The notes below the pieces were generated by a model that worked only from the letters and a program-made list of their open reading frames with translations, did not search any database and was not told where the DNA came from. A program made the translations under genes and the position numbers. This document shows, piece by piece, positions 1 through 13,699 of a stretch of 64,000 nucleotides of DNA (position 1 is the stretch's first letter; each line of letters starts with the position of its first letter). Origin of the DNA: Mobula hypostoma (taxonomy: Eukaryota). The stretch lies in the NCBI RefSeq assembly GCF_963921235.1, contig NC_086109.1, positions 29,266,001 through 29,330,000 on the forward strand, written 5' to 3'.

Positions 1-1785
1 CCAATCAGGTGTGATAGTGGAAACGTTTGCTTGGAGTCAGAGGAGGTATTGGAGGTACTTAATGAATACTTTGCTTCAGTATTCACCAGGGAAAAAGATC
101 TTGGCAATTGTGACTTACAACGGACTGAAATGCTTGAGCATATAGACATTAAAAAGGAGGATGTGCTGGAGCTTTTGAAAAGCATCAAGTTAGATAAGTT
201 ACCAGGAGCGGATGAGGTATACCCCAGGCTACTGTGGGAAGTGAGAGAGGAGATTGCTGAGCCTCTGGTGATGATCTTTACGTCATTAATATGGATGGGA
301 GAAGTACCGGAGGATTGGAGGGTGGCGAATGTTGTTCCTTTGTTCAAGAAAGGGAGTAGAGATAACCCAGTAAATAATAGACCAGCAAGTATGACTTCAG
401 TGGTGGGCAAGTTGTTGGAGCAGATCCTGAGAGGCAGGATTAATGAGCATTTGGAGAGACATAATCTGATTAGGGATACTCAGCATGGCTTTGTCAAGGG
501 CAGGTCATGTCTTATGAGCCTGATTGAATTCTTTGAGGAAGTAACAAAGCACATTGATGAAGGTAGAGCAGTGGATGTAGTGTATATGGATTTCAGTAAG
601 GCATTTCATAAGGTTCCTCGTACAAAACTCCTTCAAAAGTAGGGAAGCATAGGATCCAAGGAGACCTTGCTTTCTGGATCCAAAATTGGCTTGCCCACAG
701 AAGGCAAAAGGTGTTTGTAGATGGTTCATATTGTGCATGGCGGTTGGTGACTAGTGGTGTTTCATAGAGATCTGTTCTGGGACCCCTCCTGTTTGTGATT
801 TCTATAAATGACCTGGACGAAGAAGTAGAAGGATGGGTTAGTAAGTTTGCTGATGACACAAAGCTTGGGGGTGTTGTGGATAGTCTGAAGGATTGTCAGA
901 GGTTACAGCAGAACATCGATAGGATGCAGAACTGGGTTGAGAAGTAGCAGATGGACTTCAACCCAGATAAGTGTGAAGTGGTTCATTTTGGTAGGTCCAA
1001 TTTGAGGACAGAATATAATATAAATGGTAAGACTTTAGGTAGTGTGGATGATCTGAGAGTTCTTGGGGTCCGTGTCGATAGGATACTCAAAGCAAGTTGA
1101 CAGTATTGTTAAGAAGGCATATCGTGTGTTAGCATTCATCAACCATGGGATTGAGTTCAAGAGCCGTGAGGTACTGTTACAGCTATATAAGATCTTTGTC
1201 AGACCCCACTTGGTCACCTCACTACAGGAAGGATGTGGATACTATAGGGAGAGTGCAGAGGAGATTTACAAGGATGTGGCCTGGATTGGAGATAGATAGA
1301 TAGATAGATAGATAGATATACTTTATTATTCCCGAGGGAAATTTGGTTTTGTACCTTATGAGAATAGACTGAGCGTAGTTGGCCTTTTCCCCTTGGAGCG
1401 ATGAAGGATGAGAGGTGACCTGATAGAGGTGCAGAAGATGAAGGGCATTGATTATGTGGATAGCCAAAGGCTTTTCCCCAGGGCTGGAATGGCTAACATG
1501 AGGGGGCATTGTTTTAAGGTGCTTGGAAATAGATACTGAGGGGATGTGAGGGATAAGTTTTTGACAGAGAGAATGGTGGGTGTGCGGACTGCACTGTCAG
1601 CGGTGGTGGTGTAAGTAGATACAATAGGGTCTTTTAAGAGTCTCTTGGATAGGTACATGGAGCTTAGAAAAATAGAGGGTTATGCATTAGGGAAATTCTA
1701 GGCAGTCTCTAGAGTAGGTTACATGGTCGACACAACATTGTGGGCCAAAGGGCCTGTAATATGCTGTAAGTTTCTATGTTCTATG
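1..1785 (+). mobile_element. CR1 LINE, ORF2 RT region plus 3' end, decayed, runs off window start
   Basis: ORF 31..642 has CR1 motifs PEDWRVANVVPLFKKG, QHGFVKGRSC and YMDFSKAF; FADD codons near 846; stops and frameshifts downstream; ends in (ttctatg)n tail at 1772-1785. Confidence 0.95.
1291..1351 (-). mobile_element. Ultra-short Rex1-like 3' tail with (GATA)n inserted into CR1
   Basis: Reverse complement aatttccctcgggaataataaagtatatctatctatc resembles the Rex1 tails at 17487-17548 and 18975-18992; CR1 sequence resumes on both sides. Confidence 0.7.
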
Positions 1786-2679
1786 ATAGGGGCCAAATGC
1801 AGGCAAATGGGCTCCTTGGTCAGTGTGGATCAGTTGTTCCAAAGGGCCCGCTTCCATGCATCATGACCAATGTGGCTCATTTGGGGACCTGACTACATGT
1901 ACTGCTGTAAGATATACCTGAAATTTTTTAAAACTTCTTTTTATTAAATATTTTTTTTCTGATTTTCTTCTACCTCACCTCTCTGGTTCTAAAGACAGTG
2001 GCTCATCAAGTTACTTCCAGCAGGAAATAATCAATTTTTTGGCCTCTGTGGCCTTAGATGGAGGCTGTCGGCAAAGGCACCCCAGGAATTCCTCATCTGA
2101 ATGACTTTGCACAGCTTACATCTTGTATGTTTTTACTCTGAACCATGGAGATATGAGTCATAATGATAAACATTTACCCTTCCTGAAAGTAGTATCTACC
2201 GGATTAAGTATACCAGTGCATGTCATATGTTGTACCGAAGCATTTGCATAAGATAGGAATACCAGAACTTTTCTGCTGATGTTAATTTTGAAAAAAATCC
2301 AATTTATAAAGAAACATATATACCAGGATCAGAAATCAACTGAAGAATGAAAATAATATCACTTTTTTTTATCTTCATTATGTCTCTTCATATGATATTT
2401 ACTTATTTTGGTACCTCTGCCACATTACGTGTTTGCAAATATCGTCATCAGGAATTGTAATGAATAAATATTTGGTTACTAACCGTCATGTGTTTGCTCC
2501 TGGATTTAAATAAAACCTACCAGTGATTCTACAAAAATCATTAACATAGCAACAATAGTGAAGGAAAACACAGTGTTACAAATAACCTCCAAACAACTAC
2601 TTTGCTCTGTAGCTTGCAATGATGGACCTGATGTCACTTTTAACAAAGGGGCACTCAACACATTTAACTCCATCATGGA

Positions 2680-2930
2680 CGGTCCCAAGCCTGGCAGCAA
2701 AAGGAGGAGGGTTGAGTATGATGCTTGCAACCCCATCTCGTAAAAACCCAAGCTACAGAAGCTTCAAGTACCTCATCCCTGGGAGAGAAAGGATCTTCAC
2801 CTAGAAGACGTATGAAGTTGTGTGGTGAAAGTGAACGCTGCAGACCCAATCAACCATCAGCCCAGGACAGAGGACTCTGGTGAACTACCTTCAGTGGCCA
2901 ATGCCCCAGTGGAGATGATGGGCTTAAGGA
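2680..2930 (+). mobile_element. RTE-derived non-autonomous element fragment
   Basis: ggaggagggttgagtatgatgcttgcaaccccatctcgtaaaaacc resembles an RTE 5'UTR, joined to an RTE-like tail tgccccagtggagatgatgggcttaag; family call from memory of RTE-type repeats. Confidence 0.5.
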
Positions 2931-3339
2931 GAAGTTGGCAAATCATCACATTATGAGCCTGAGATGAGCACCCAAACTTCATACCACTGATGCACAACTC
3001 CAGTCCCAGAGAGCAAAGGCACACAATGAGATTTCAGTAAAGGTGGAACATTCTATACTGTTTCTCAGAAGACACCTCTCAGTGATGAAATCCAGCATCA
3101 TCTCTAGTGTGCCAACACTTGCCTTTGTGTCTATGCCAGCCAAGGTACCCACCTAAATTGGTCCTAGCAGCATTCATTCTGGCTCATAACATTCTAATCC
3201 CATCCTTGCAACTATCCAAATGTCTTTGCGGAAAAGAGAGTTTAAAGATCAACATATAAACTTCCATACAGTTCTGGCCTTCTATTTCATTGTCGTTGAC
3301 AGTACACAATAGGCATCTCAAGGCACTGAGAGATTATGC

Positions 3340-3649
3340 TGACAGTGGCTCAGTCTCAGTACTGGCCTCTGGTATTGTCTGTGTGGAATTTCATCACTCT
3401 ACCTGTGACCATTACAAAGATATATGAGCTCGTAGGTAACTGGTCACTGTAAATCGCCCTTAGCATGTTACTGAATGGTAGAACCAGGAGCTTAGCATGC
3501 TAGTGAGTGGCAGAACCAGGAGCTGTTGTGAGGACTATGTGAAGAATAAAATGGTATGAGTGTAGGGTTAATGGAAATGGGTGTTTGGTTGTCAATATGT
3601 GCTCAGTGGGCTGAATGGCATATTTCCAGGCTGTATGCCTTTGTGACTC
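3340..3649 (+). mobile_element. Degenerate V-domain/HE1-like SINE with CR1-type tail
   Basis: gtctgtgtggaattt...ctctacctgtgacc, ggtaactggtcactgtaaatcgccct, and CR1-like tail gggctgaatggcatatttccaggctgtatg. Confidence 0.55.
3459..3522 (+). repeat. 32-bp tandem duplication inside the SINE
   Basis: cttagcatgttactgaatggtagaaccaggag followed by cttagcatgctagtgagtggcagaaccaggag (4 mismatches). Confidence 0.85.
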
Positions 3650-6254
3650 AAAAAAAAAACAATTCCACCAACAGGTTAAAGAAAAAACCTGTGGCAGTGT
3701 CCTCTCCCATGCCAATGATTCCAACATGGAGGCTGTGAACAGTCTATGTTTCCAGTGGTCATGCCCATATATTTTACATACCTAATGTCAGATTCCCGAA
3801 GGAGGTACACAGCTCCAATTTTCATTGTGGCAGGAGATTACCAGGTAGACTAAAACAATGCAAGGGAGTTCTCAAACTTCCTTTGAAAAAATATGACATC
3901 CCCACTGGTCATGAGACATCCACTGTTCAAAATGGAGGACAAACATCTGGGGAAGCATTGAGCCTATTCATGATGCACAGTGAAAAAGAAAGACAATTTA
4001 GTCACTGCCTTAAAGTAAGCCCCTGTAGCAGAATCTGTGGTTTTCATATTGGTCTCTTCAGCTACTTCAGAACCTAAGGTATCAGAGAGGCAGCAAGTTA
4101 TCCTCAGTTCCCGGGTCAGCCTGGGGAGAAAAGAAAAACAGCTTCCTTCAGTCCAAATGAGCATCCAAGATATCTACACTCCTCCAATTCTGACTGTTTG
4201 ATATTGGTTGTATTTCCCCATTGGTCCTCCTCTTACTAACAGCAGAGCCAGCCTGTGTTTCTTTACTTGGTCTATGTTCTCCTCGTGACCTTCCCATCAA
4301 TCAGCAACATTTTATTAGCCTAAGGCCATGTCCTCTTAATATTTCACCAGGTAAATCCTACCATCCCAAATATCTCTGTGTTGTATATGGTGACATTCAG
4401 TATATGTACTTGATTGTAAATTTATTTTGAATTTGAACTTTGAATCATTGAGTGAAACAGAAGTAATTGAGCTCAAAGGTTACCCACAGTCTGAGCTCGT
4501 GATCAAAGCTGTTCAACTGTGAGAGTGATCAAGCAGCAATCAAAAATTTAGACGATCTCAATGATCTTCTGGTGGCTGAATTAAAATGGAACTGATAAGA
4601 GTTAGCAGTATATTTCCAAACCATCTCAGGGAATAACATGGAGAGAGTAGAAAAATATGCAACTCAGAATAAAATAATTTAATTATTAATTAGTAACTTG
4701 TATGAGTTTTCTTTTAAAGTAATTGATTCCTTCCTGAATTTCTGTGGTTCTTTTGACCAAAGTTTCAAGATAGAACCATTAATTCAATATCTGTGCCAAC
4801 TCAAAATTGACAATACTGGAAGCAGATGCTAATGTTAAATGTCAAACTTGTTCCCAGTTAAAAATATACATTCTTAGTAGGGAGCACCTCACATTAGGGA
4901 CAAATTTAACAGGAAAGTAACCGTCAGCAGGTCAGGCACTATCAATGTAATTAGTAAGAATAATGATATCTGTTTCATAATATTAATATGTTGCTATCCA
5001 GCAGGTGCCTTGTATGCTGTCCCTGCAAAGACAAAAACACAGTGGGGCTAGTCATTTGTACCTTGTCAGGTATACTTCCAAAGTAAGATAGGTAGAGATT
5101 AGGGAAGGCTGGGGTCAAGCTCATTTATCTGTATACTGTAGGAATATCACTTCAGCATTACTGCCTGTTGTTGCATGAGTGAAATCACTAGAGAAAAATA
5201 CCGGTAGGTATGAAGCAGCCTCTTTAGTCGACAAAGCAAGATGCAGCAGCATCATATTGACACCCTTTCAGTGGAATGGTCTGGCTGGCCAAACGCTACC
5301 CAATATTTTCTGCGCTAAGCATCAAAGGACAATTCCATATTTACAATCTATCCACAAGGCTTTCTATGAAACTACACACAAACTTCACATCTCCCCATTT
5401 GTACTTACACCACAGACATCTAAATGTATTTTAATCAACATTGTTTGGTCTGTAATTCAAGGCTTTTAGGAACCTATTATTCAGGACTTTATTTTAAATT
5501 ATAATCTATAATCTATATCCAGATTTGAAGATTGGTGGCTGAAGTTAATTGCTGTATGTCCAAAACACAAAATTCAGTAACATTGCCATAGGCTGAAGTC
5601 TTATCAGGCAGACTGGGCATAGAATATTTCAGTGGTTGAAAGAAAAGTATGTACAAAAATTGAAAAAAAAATTAAAAGAAAGACAGACAGAAAAAAATAT
5701 TCCTATAGCTCTCTTGCTGTATTCTAAATCAAGATACTTACCATACATCTCTGTGCTGAGTGAGAGGCATCTTTCTGTGGTGTTTCTTGAAGGCATGGTT
5801 CATGTTGCTGTTGTTGAGCACTCCACGTTGTAGAAAGAGGGAGTTGTGATGGACAGGAAGGCTTCATGTTGCCATCCTGATTGGGGATATTCTACACTTT
5901 TAAAAAGGCTTTGAGAACTTGAATCTTTTCCTCTATCTACAGGGAATCACTTACAGGACAAAGCTTGAAAGGTCTGCTTTGGGAACTTGATGTTAGTATG
6001 CAAGTGACATAGCCAAACGAGCAAGTTAAATACAATTAGTTGTCAGTAGTAAAGAAGTTGGTCTTGGAGAGGGCACTGATGTTGGTTCACATAATCCCAC
6101 TGGTGATATCTCTCCAGCACTTTGAAACAGCCCAAGCCTCTGAAGCAGGCAAGTATCACTGCAATCCATCTTGTGCTGGGTTTGTGGCATTGATTTTCAA
6201 TAGTCATTTCTTTCAATGGACAACTCCAATAAATAATGGAAAAGTGGTGTTCTT

Positions 6255-6487
6255 GATATTTATTGCTTATTTATTGTTGTTATTATTATTACTATTATTA
6301 TTATTTTATTTTCTTTACTTGTATTTGCACAGTTGTCTTTTGCACATTGGCTGTATGACCATCTTTGTCGTGGGCATTTTTTTCTTTGATTCTATTGTGT
6401 CTCTTTGTATCTGTTGTGAATGCCCACAAGAAAATGAATCACAGGGGCAGTACATGTACTTTGATAATGAATATACATTGAGCTTTG
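6255..6487 (+). mobile_element. Rex1-like LINE 3' UTR/tail fragment
   Basis: Colinear with the tail at 57740-57951 (ttgtatttgcaca...gattctatt...cccacaag...tgtac...ttga); (TTA)n run. Confidence 0.65.
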
Positions 6488-8173
6488 TAAAGCTGCTTTG
6501 GTGCACGGAACATGACAATGAACTTTATCATCAATGTCTGCATACTCTGACAGCTGACTTCTGAAATTACTTTCCACCATCTTGCCGTGATTTTTATTGA
6601 GGAGGGTAGTTTTGTACTGCTGGGCAGATTGAGTGCAAAGGCCCATTTCTCATAGACTTTAGCAAATGATTTGACGATGATTTGGAGGTTGCCCTTTGAA
6701 CATGTGTAAAAGCATATACGTACCGTAGCTCAATGACTAACCAGGGTTTCTTTGAGGGCAGCAGTGTAGGCTGAACAGTTTCCTATTTGTCTTGTGTATT
6801 ATGTCCACTGCAATGGAAACCATGCTGGAGGCACGTAGCAACCTGCATCTGCGCTACCAATAGCCCTGACTTGGAACCAAACATTATATAAAATGCACTT
6901 CACAGATGACAAAAGAATTGTTATTTAAAAAAAGAAACTGACAGCCACGTAGGTGAGAATAAATTCTGTTCACACACTATCAAAACAGATAAGATAGAAA
7001 CTCGCCGTAACCACCATTGTATTGAAGGAAAAATGTCTCTTTAAGCACCGATATCATTTGAAATTGAACAAACTGTCTTATCGAGCACAATACCAATCAG
7101 GTTCATCATTGAAATAAAAATGTAAATACCACTAACTCTGTGTCATGACCGCAACAGATTGTACTTTCATGGAAGACAATGCAACGTCATTTATGACAGA
7201 TCAGGTGCAGAGTCAACAAAAGGTTGCATGGTAAAATGAAAGACAAATTAATTTTAAATACTTCTCTGATCAGCACGCAATACATTTTACTGGAGCTTGA
7301 TAAAAGGATACATTATTAATGTAGTAAAATAGGTCATTCAAAATGAGTTCTTGGATGGAAGCAAAGAACAAAATGCCCACTCTAAAACAGTCTTAATGCA
7401 AAGTTAATTTAAGGATCTTGCCATTTCCCATTAATTAGGTGCTAGCTCTGGAGAGGCTAACGGGTTCAAAGTAAATAAAGTTCTCCAGATAGGAGGCATT
7501 TATTACTAAACACTAATGGAACCAATATTTAGGATTTGCTTATAGTCATTAAAAGCCAGTTGATTGAATGTGAGATGGCCCCAGCAGATTATGTACAACT
7601 CAATCTCATTTCAAAACAGTAGTTACCTAAAGCAGGCAACAATACCAGGATAAATAATGAAATCCATTATCAGTAGAAAATTGAGGTTTGGAAAACAGAG
7701 ACTAGAATACCTTCCAATAGTAGTCAATCAAAGGGTATATTAAGCTTGAATGATAATTCAGGAGAATTGAGAAAGGCACCAAAATTGGCTGGCAGGTATA
7801 GTGACCTCCAGAAGCAGTTCAGAATCTGCAAAACATGTTGAAAATATGTAAGTATTTGGGAAAGTAGCAAACTTTGTGGACTTGGAGATGCATTAAAAAA
7901 AAGTGGAAAACTTGTGAAGTAGTCCTGGCAATGTTAAAAGAGGTTTTCAGTTACAGAGTGGGATGAAAGAGCTCTGAGAAAGTTACTACCATCGAGGCAG
8001 AGGTACAGGAACCTGAAGCCCCACACTCAATGATTCAGAAACAGCTTCCCCTCCTCTGCCATCAGATTACTTAACACATGAACACTATCTCATTATAGAG
8101 AATTAGAGCCATAAATACTACAGCACAGAAGCAGGCACTTTGGCTGTCTAGTCCCAACGACCTGTACCTGGAC

Positions 8174-8954
8174 CAATGTTCCTCTAATTTGCAATGATCA
8201 GTGTGTGGAAAAATCTTGTGCTGTGCAATTTTTTGCCCAGTGACAACAACATGTGCGCACTGAATTTGATATATAGAGGTACTCATTTTAACAGCTGGCA
8301 AAACACTGTCAATATGAACTTTGATGTCATTTTAACTCTTGTTCATCTGCGTTCTCACAAAATATATGTAACAGGTCTATAGCAGGTAATGAAGGATTTT
8401 CTTGCTGAAGCTTTTGCACGCTGTCCATATGTGATCTGCTTACTAAATGGCGCTTTAAAAAGTCAAGTTTCCTAATGTTACTTCTCTTCTTCCCACTTGC
8501 AAATTCTCCAGCAACTTTTGCATCACAACAATACACATTGGTAACACCAATTTCTGTATCGTACTTGAGTATTTCTTGTAGCTACACGTTCCTGACCTCA
8601 TGAGCTTTCAGTGTAACAGTTTCTACTGTTTCATTAAGCAATTCTGCTATAAGTGAACTGGCAGTTCTTTTGCACGTCATGCCGTTTGTTTCTTTGGAAT
8701 TCGACATTTTGAATCAATCATTTCTTCAATTAAAAACAGTATGCGTAAATAAGTAAATCTGCAGACAAATCATCGCAACCACCGTCAACATCAGAAACTG
8801 GAAACAGAAATGTGATTGTGTATGATCATGAAATATACCTAACATGCCAACGAGTTAGATAGTGACAACCTTTGAGCATAGTTTAAATTCATTTGTGCGC
8901 TAGTAGAAAAAGATGTGTGCACGCGTACACATTCACACTTTAGAGGGAATGTTG
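8174..8954 (-). mobile_element. Internally deleted hAT DNA transposon with transposase N-terminal remnant
   Basis: TIRs caatgttcctctaa / ttagagggaatgttg; 8-bp TSD acctggac (8166-8173) / gcctggac (8955-8962); minus-strand remnant 8707..8327 MSNSKE...YCCDAKVAGEFASGKK...LDFLKRHLVSRSH resembles a hAT-associated zinc-finger region. Confidence 0.8.
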
Positions 8955-9338
8955 GCCTGGACTATAGCCATCCATACCCCTCCCAACCATGTACTTATCC
9001 AAAGTTTTCTCAAATGTGGAAGTGAAATCTGCATCCACCACTTCAGTGCAGCCCATTCCACACATTCACCACCATCTGAATGGAAAAGTTCCTGTTCAAG
9101 TTTTCTGTAAATATTTCACCTTTCACTCTTAATGCCTAGCTTATTCAACCTTTCTCTATAACTCAGGTCCTCAAATATCAGCAATAACCTTGTAATTTTT
9201 CTCTGTACGTTTCCAATTTTATTGATATCTTTTCTGTAAGCAGGTGACCAGAACTGCACACACTACTCGAGATTAGGCCTCACCATTATGTCCGATACAA
9301 CTTCAACATAACATCCCAACTCCTATACTCTGTACTTG

Positions 9339-9980
9339 CAACCAAGCAGAGTCCACTGCCAAGAAGGCCCACCAGCGCCTTTATTTCCTGAGGAAGCTAA
9401 GCAAATTTGGCCTGTCACCTAAAACCCTCACTAATTTTTATAGATGCACCGTAGAAAGCATTCTTCTAGGGTGCATCACAACCTGGTATGGAAGTTGTCC
9501 TGTCCAAGACCGAAAGAAGCTGCAGAAGATCGTGAACATGGTGCAGCACATCTCACAGACCAATCTTCCGTCCTTGGACTCACTTTACACCACGTGCTGT
9601 CGGAGCAGTGCTGCCAGGATAATCAAGGACATGACCCACCCAGCCAACACACTTTTCGTCCCTCTTCCTTCCAGGAGAAGATTCAGGAGCTTGAAGACTC
9701 GTACGGCCAGATTTGGGAACAGCTTCTTTCCAACTGTGATAAGGCTGCTGAACGGATCCTAACCCGAATCTGGGCCATACCCTCCAAATATCTGGACCTG
9801 CCTCTCGGTTTTTTTGTACTACCTTTTCTATTTATGATTTATAATTTAATTTTTTAATATTTACTATGGATTTGTACTCCAGGGAGCACGAAGAGCAGAA
9901 TCAAATATTGCTCTGATGATTGTACGCTCTAGTATCAATTGTTTGGTGACAATAAAGTATAAAGTATAAAGTATAAAGTA
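9339..9980 (+). mobile_element. Rex1/Babar-like LINE 3' fragment
   Basis: KAHQRLYFLRKLSKFG...ESILLGCITTWYGSC...HPANTLFVPLPSRRRFRS...NSFFPTVIRLLN; AATAAA and (taaagta)n tail. Confidence 0.85.
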
Positions 9981-12900
9981 TTTATGAAGGCCAGTGTGCT
10001 AAAAGCTCTCTATACAACCTATCTACCTGTCCACCACTTTCAGGGAATTATGGATCTGTCCAACTCTGTTGTCCCTCTATTCTACAGCACTCTGCAGTGC
10101 CCAACCTTTCACAGTGTAAGTCCTACCCTTGTCTGTCCTTCCAAAGTGTAACACCTCAAACTTGGCTGCATTGAATTCCATTTTCCATTTTTCAGTCTAT
10201 TTTTTTTGGATGGTCCACATCCCGCTGCAAAGCTGTGGTAACCTTTCTCAGTCTCCATTATGCCCCCAATCTTGGTGTCAGAAGGTTAGTTCTTTTGTGT
10301 TGAACTATTTAATTATTTTCATAATTTATATGTCTTTGTGGTGTACTGCTGCCAAAAAACATGCTATATAAGTCGGTGATAATAATCTATTTCTAATTCT
10401 GAATGCCAAAACAAAATGTCAGAAGGAGAGAAAATAAGAATGTTTAGGAGCTACACAAAGGATAGCCGATCCTGCAGATAACTGAGGAGAAGATGATTTG
10501 GAGAAGAGAAATCGGAGCCAGAACTTGCCTTCAGCTTGGCAGTGACAATGACTGTGATTTCAGAGCTCATAAATGAGAAATGCAATCACATGATCAGTTA
10601 GGCCACTGAAGCATAATCATCAACCACACTAAACGCATTGCATAAGGATCTTAAAGTCCATTATATGAAAGAGGATTATGAAATGTTTCTGCATCAAATT
10701 GCTGGTTTCATATGACCGTCTGGCATGGATCCATCAATTCATTTATTGTTGAACGCTACATCATTTTGAGTATCACACTAAGAATAACATTGATGGTATA
10801 GGCAGCAGCGTTTAGATTACAAACATACAAGCATTTTTTTCTGTAATCTACTTTTATCCCAAATTATTTATATTCCATAAGCCTTACTCTCACTTTTAAC
10901 CATTTTTAATTTGAATACACTGACCACATTTCTGTCTGGAGGATTCACAAATGCGTAACATTCCCATGGTTATTTGTCATCCCAGAATCATGGCTTTTAC
11001 TCCAATTTCAGCAAGTCCTGCTCACCACTACCCTGTGTTTGGTAAATTGTATTTCCACTGATTATGCAAACTCATGACTGGAATTCTTAATAATCTTGCC
11101 CTTCCCTATTCCCCAACATCATTATCTTCTTAAAATATCTTTCAACCTAACTACTCACTTCTTTATTTTTGGCTGCGGCTTCTGTTGCCAAGGTACCAAG
11201 ACAGGACGTGAAAGAGACACCCAGGTACCTCCCACTGTCTCCCAGGTGCTAGGTTCAGAGATGTTTCAAATTGGATCCACAGCATTCTAAAAGGGGAGGG
11301 CGAGCAGCCAGAAGTTGTGGTATATATTCATACCAAAAACATAGGTAGGAAAAGGGAGGTGGTCCTGAAGAGACAATACAGGTAGAAAGCTAAAAAGCAG
11401 GACCTCCAGCGTAGTGATCTCTAGATTATTGCCTGTGCTATGTGCCAGTGAGGGTAAGAATGGAATGATCTGGCATATGAATATGTGGCTGAGAAATTGG
11501 TGCATGGGGCAGGGGTTTAGATTTTCAGATCATGAGGATCTCTTCTGGAGAAAGTATGATCTGTACAAAAAGGAAAGGTTGCACCTGAGGGGGACTAATA
11601 TCGTTGAAGGCAGGTTTGCTGGAGCTTTTGGGGAGGGTTTAAACTTATCTTGCAAGAAGATGAGATATGGAGTGATTGCGCTGAAGACTGTGCAGTTGGA
11701 ATACAAGTAGATGCAGTGTGTAATGAGATTGTGAGGAAGGACAGGCAGATGATAGGCAAAAATGCAGTCAGTGGGATGAGTTGAAGTGTAATATGGAGAC
11801 AAAATTAAAAAGGGTGATGAATACAGGACTGAAGATGGTTTATTTGAATGCGCTCTGTATATGGAATAGGATAGATGATCTTGTAGTGCATTTGGAGATA
11901 GGTAGCTATTTTGGGCATCACTGAGTCGTGGCTGAAAGAGTATCACACCATAACTGGGATCTTAACATCCAAGGATACACATTGTAGCAAAAGGACAATC
12001 AGGGAAGCAGTGGGAGTGGTATGGCTCTGTAGGTAAGAAATGAAATGAAATCCTTAGAATCAAGTGACGCAGGATCAGAAGATGTGGAATCCTTGTGGGC
12101 AGAGGTACAAAACTGCGAGGGTAAAAAGACCCTTATATACACGCCTCTGAACAGTAGACAGGATGTGAGGTACATGTGACATTTATAGTTAGGAAGAGTA
12201 TGTAAAAAGGGGAATATTATGGAAATCCTGGTGGATTTCAATGTGCAGGTAGATTGGGAGTATCAGGTTGGTGCTGGATTGCAGGAGGTGGAATTTGTAT
12301 GATGCCTTTAAGATGGTTTTTAGAGCACCTTGTGGCTGAGGCCACGAGGAGATAAGCAATTCTGGATTGGCTGTTGTGTAACGAACCAGAATTGATTAGG
12401 GAGCTTAAGGCAAAGAACTGTTAGGAGGCAGTGATCATATAAGATAGAACTCACCCTGCAGTTTGAGAAGGAGAAAATAAAGTCAGATGTATCACTATTA
12501 CAGCGGAGTAAAGGGAAATACAGAAGCAGGAGAAAAGAGCTGACCAGAGCTGATTGGAAGGGGACATTATCAGGGATAATGGTAGAAAAGCAACTGCTAG
12601 ATTTTCAGGGGACATTTGGAAGGCACAGGATTGATACATCTCAAAGTTGAAGAAATATTCTAAAGAGAGGATGATGCAACCCTGCCTGACAAGGAAAGTC
12701 AGAGACAGCAGAAAAACAAAAGAGAGGGCATATAATGCAGTATAGCAAAAATTGGTGGGAAGTTGGAGGATTGGGAAGTTTTTAAAAACCAATAGAAGGC
12801 AACTAAAAGATCATAAGGAGAGAAAAGATAAACTTTGAAGATAAGCTAGCCAATAATATAAAAGAGGATATAAAATAGTAAAAGAGATGCAAGAGTGAAT

Positions 12901-13699
12901 ATTACACGACTAGAAAATGATTCTGGAGACGTAGTAATGGGGGACAAAGAAATTGCAGATGACCTTAATAAGTATTTTGTGTCAGTGTTCACTGTAGAAG
13001 ACACTAACAGTATTCCATAAATCTGAGTGTGTCAGGGGCAGAAGTGAGTGTAGTTGTCATTACTAAGGAGAAGGTGTTTAGGAAGCTGAAAGTTCTGAGG
13101 GTATATAAGTCAGTTGGACCAGATGGACTACACCCTAAGATTCAGAAAGAGGTAGCTAAAGACATTTTGGAGACATTGTTAATGATCATTCAAGAACCAT
13201 TAGATTCTGGAATGGTTCCTGAGGACTGGAAAATTGCAAATGTCACTCCACTCTTGAAGAAGGAAGGGAGGCAGAAGAAGGAGAATTTTAGCCCTGTTAA
13301 CCTGATGTCAGTGAACAGAACAGAACTGAACAGAAGATGTTAGAGACCATTATTAAGGATGGAGTTTCAGCATACCTGGAGGCATATGATAAAATAGATC
13401 AAAGTCAGCATGGATTCCTTAAGGGAAAATCTTGCCTGACACATTTGTTGTAATCATTTGAGGAAATAACAATCAGGATAGACAGAGAAGAGACGGTGGG
13501 CATTGTTTACTTGGAATTTCAGAGGCCTTTTACAAGTTGCCTCACAGGAAGCTGCTAACAAGATAAGAGCCCAAGGAATTACAGGAAAGATACTCGCATG
13601 GATAGAAGATTAGTTTACTGTTAGGAGGCAAAGAGGGGAATAAAGGGGGCCCTCTCTGGTTGGCTTCCAATGATTAGAGGTACTCCACAGGGTCAGTGT

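Larger units (their letters stand above)
8108..10280 (-). mobile_element. CR1 3' fragment interrupted by hAT (8174-8954) and Rex1 (9339-9980) insertions
   Basis: CR1 tail at 8108-8173 continues at 8955; ggtgaccagaactgcacacacta (reverse complement reads CVQFWSP) near 9243; sequence resumes tttatgaaggcc at 9981. Confidence 0.8.

Noticed and set aside
1975..2100. Minus-strand donor (AG|GTGAG) with a possible exon
   Set aside because: Stops in all frames from the nearest plausible acceptor; no recognisable peptide
6040..6564. 174-aa hydrophobic ORF resembling a membrane protein
   Set aside because: The poly-Leu comes from a (TTA)n run in a LINE tail and the start is not ATG
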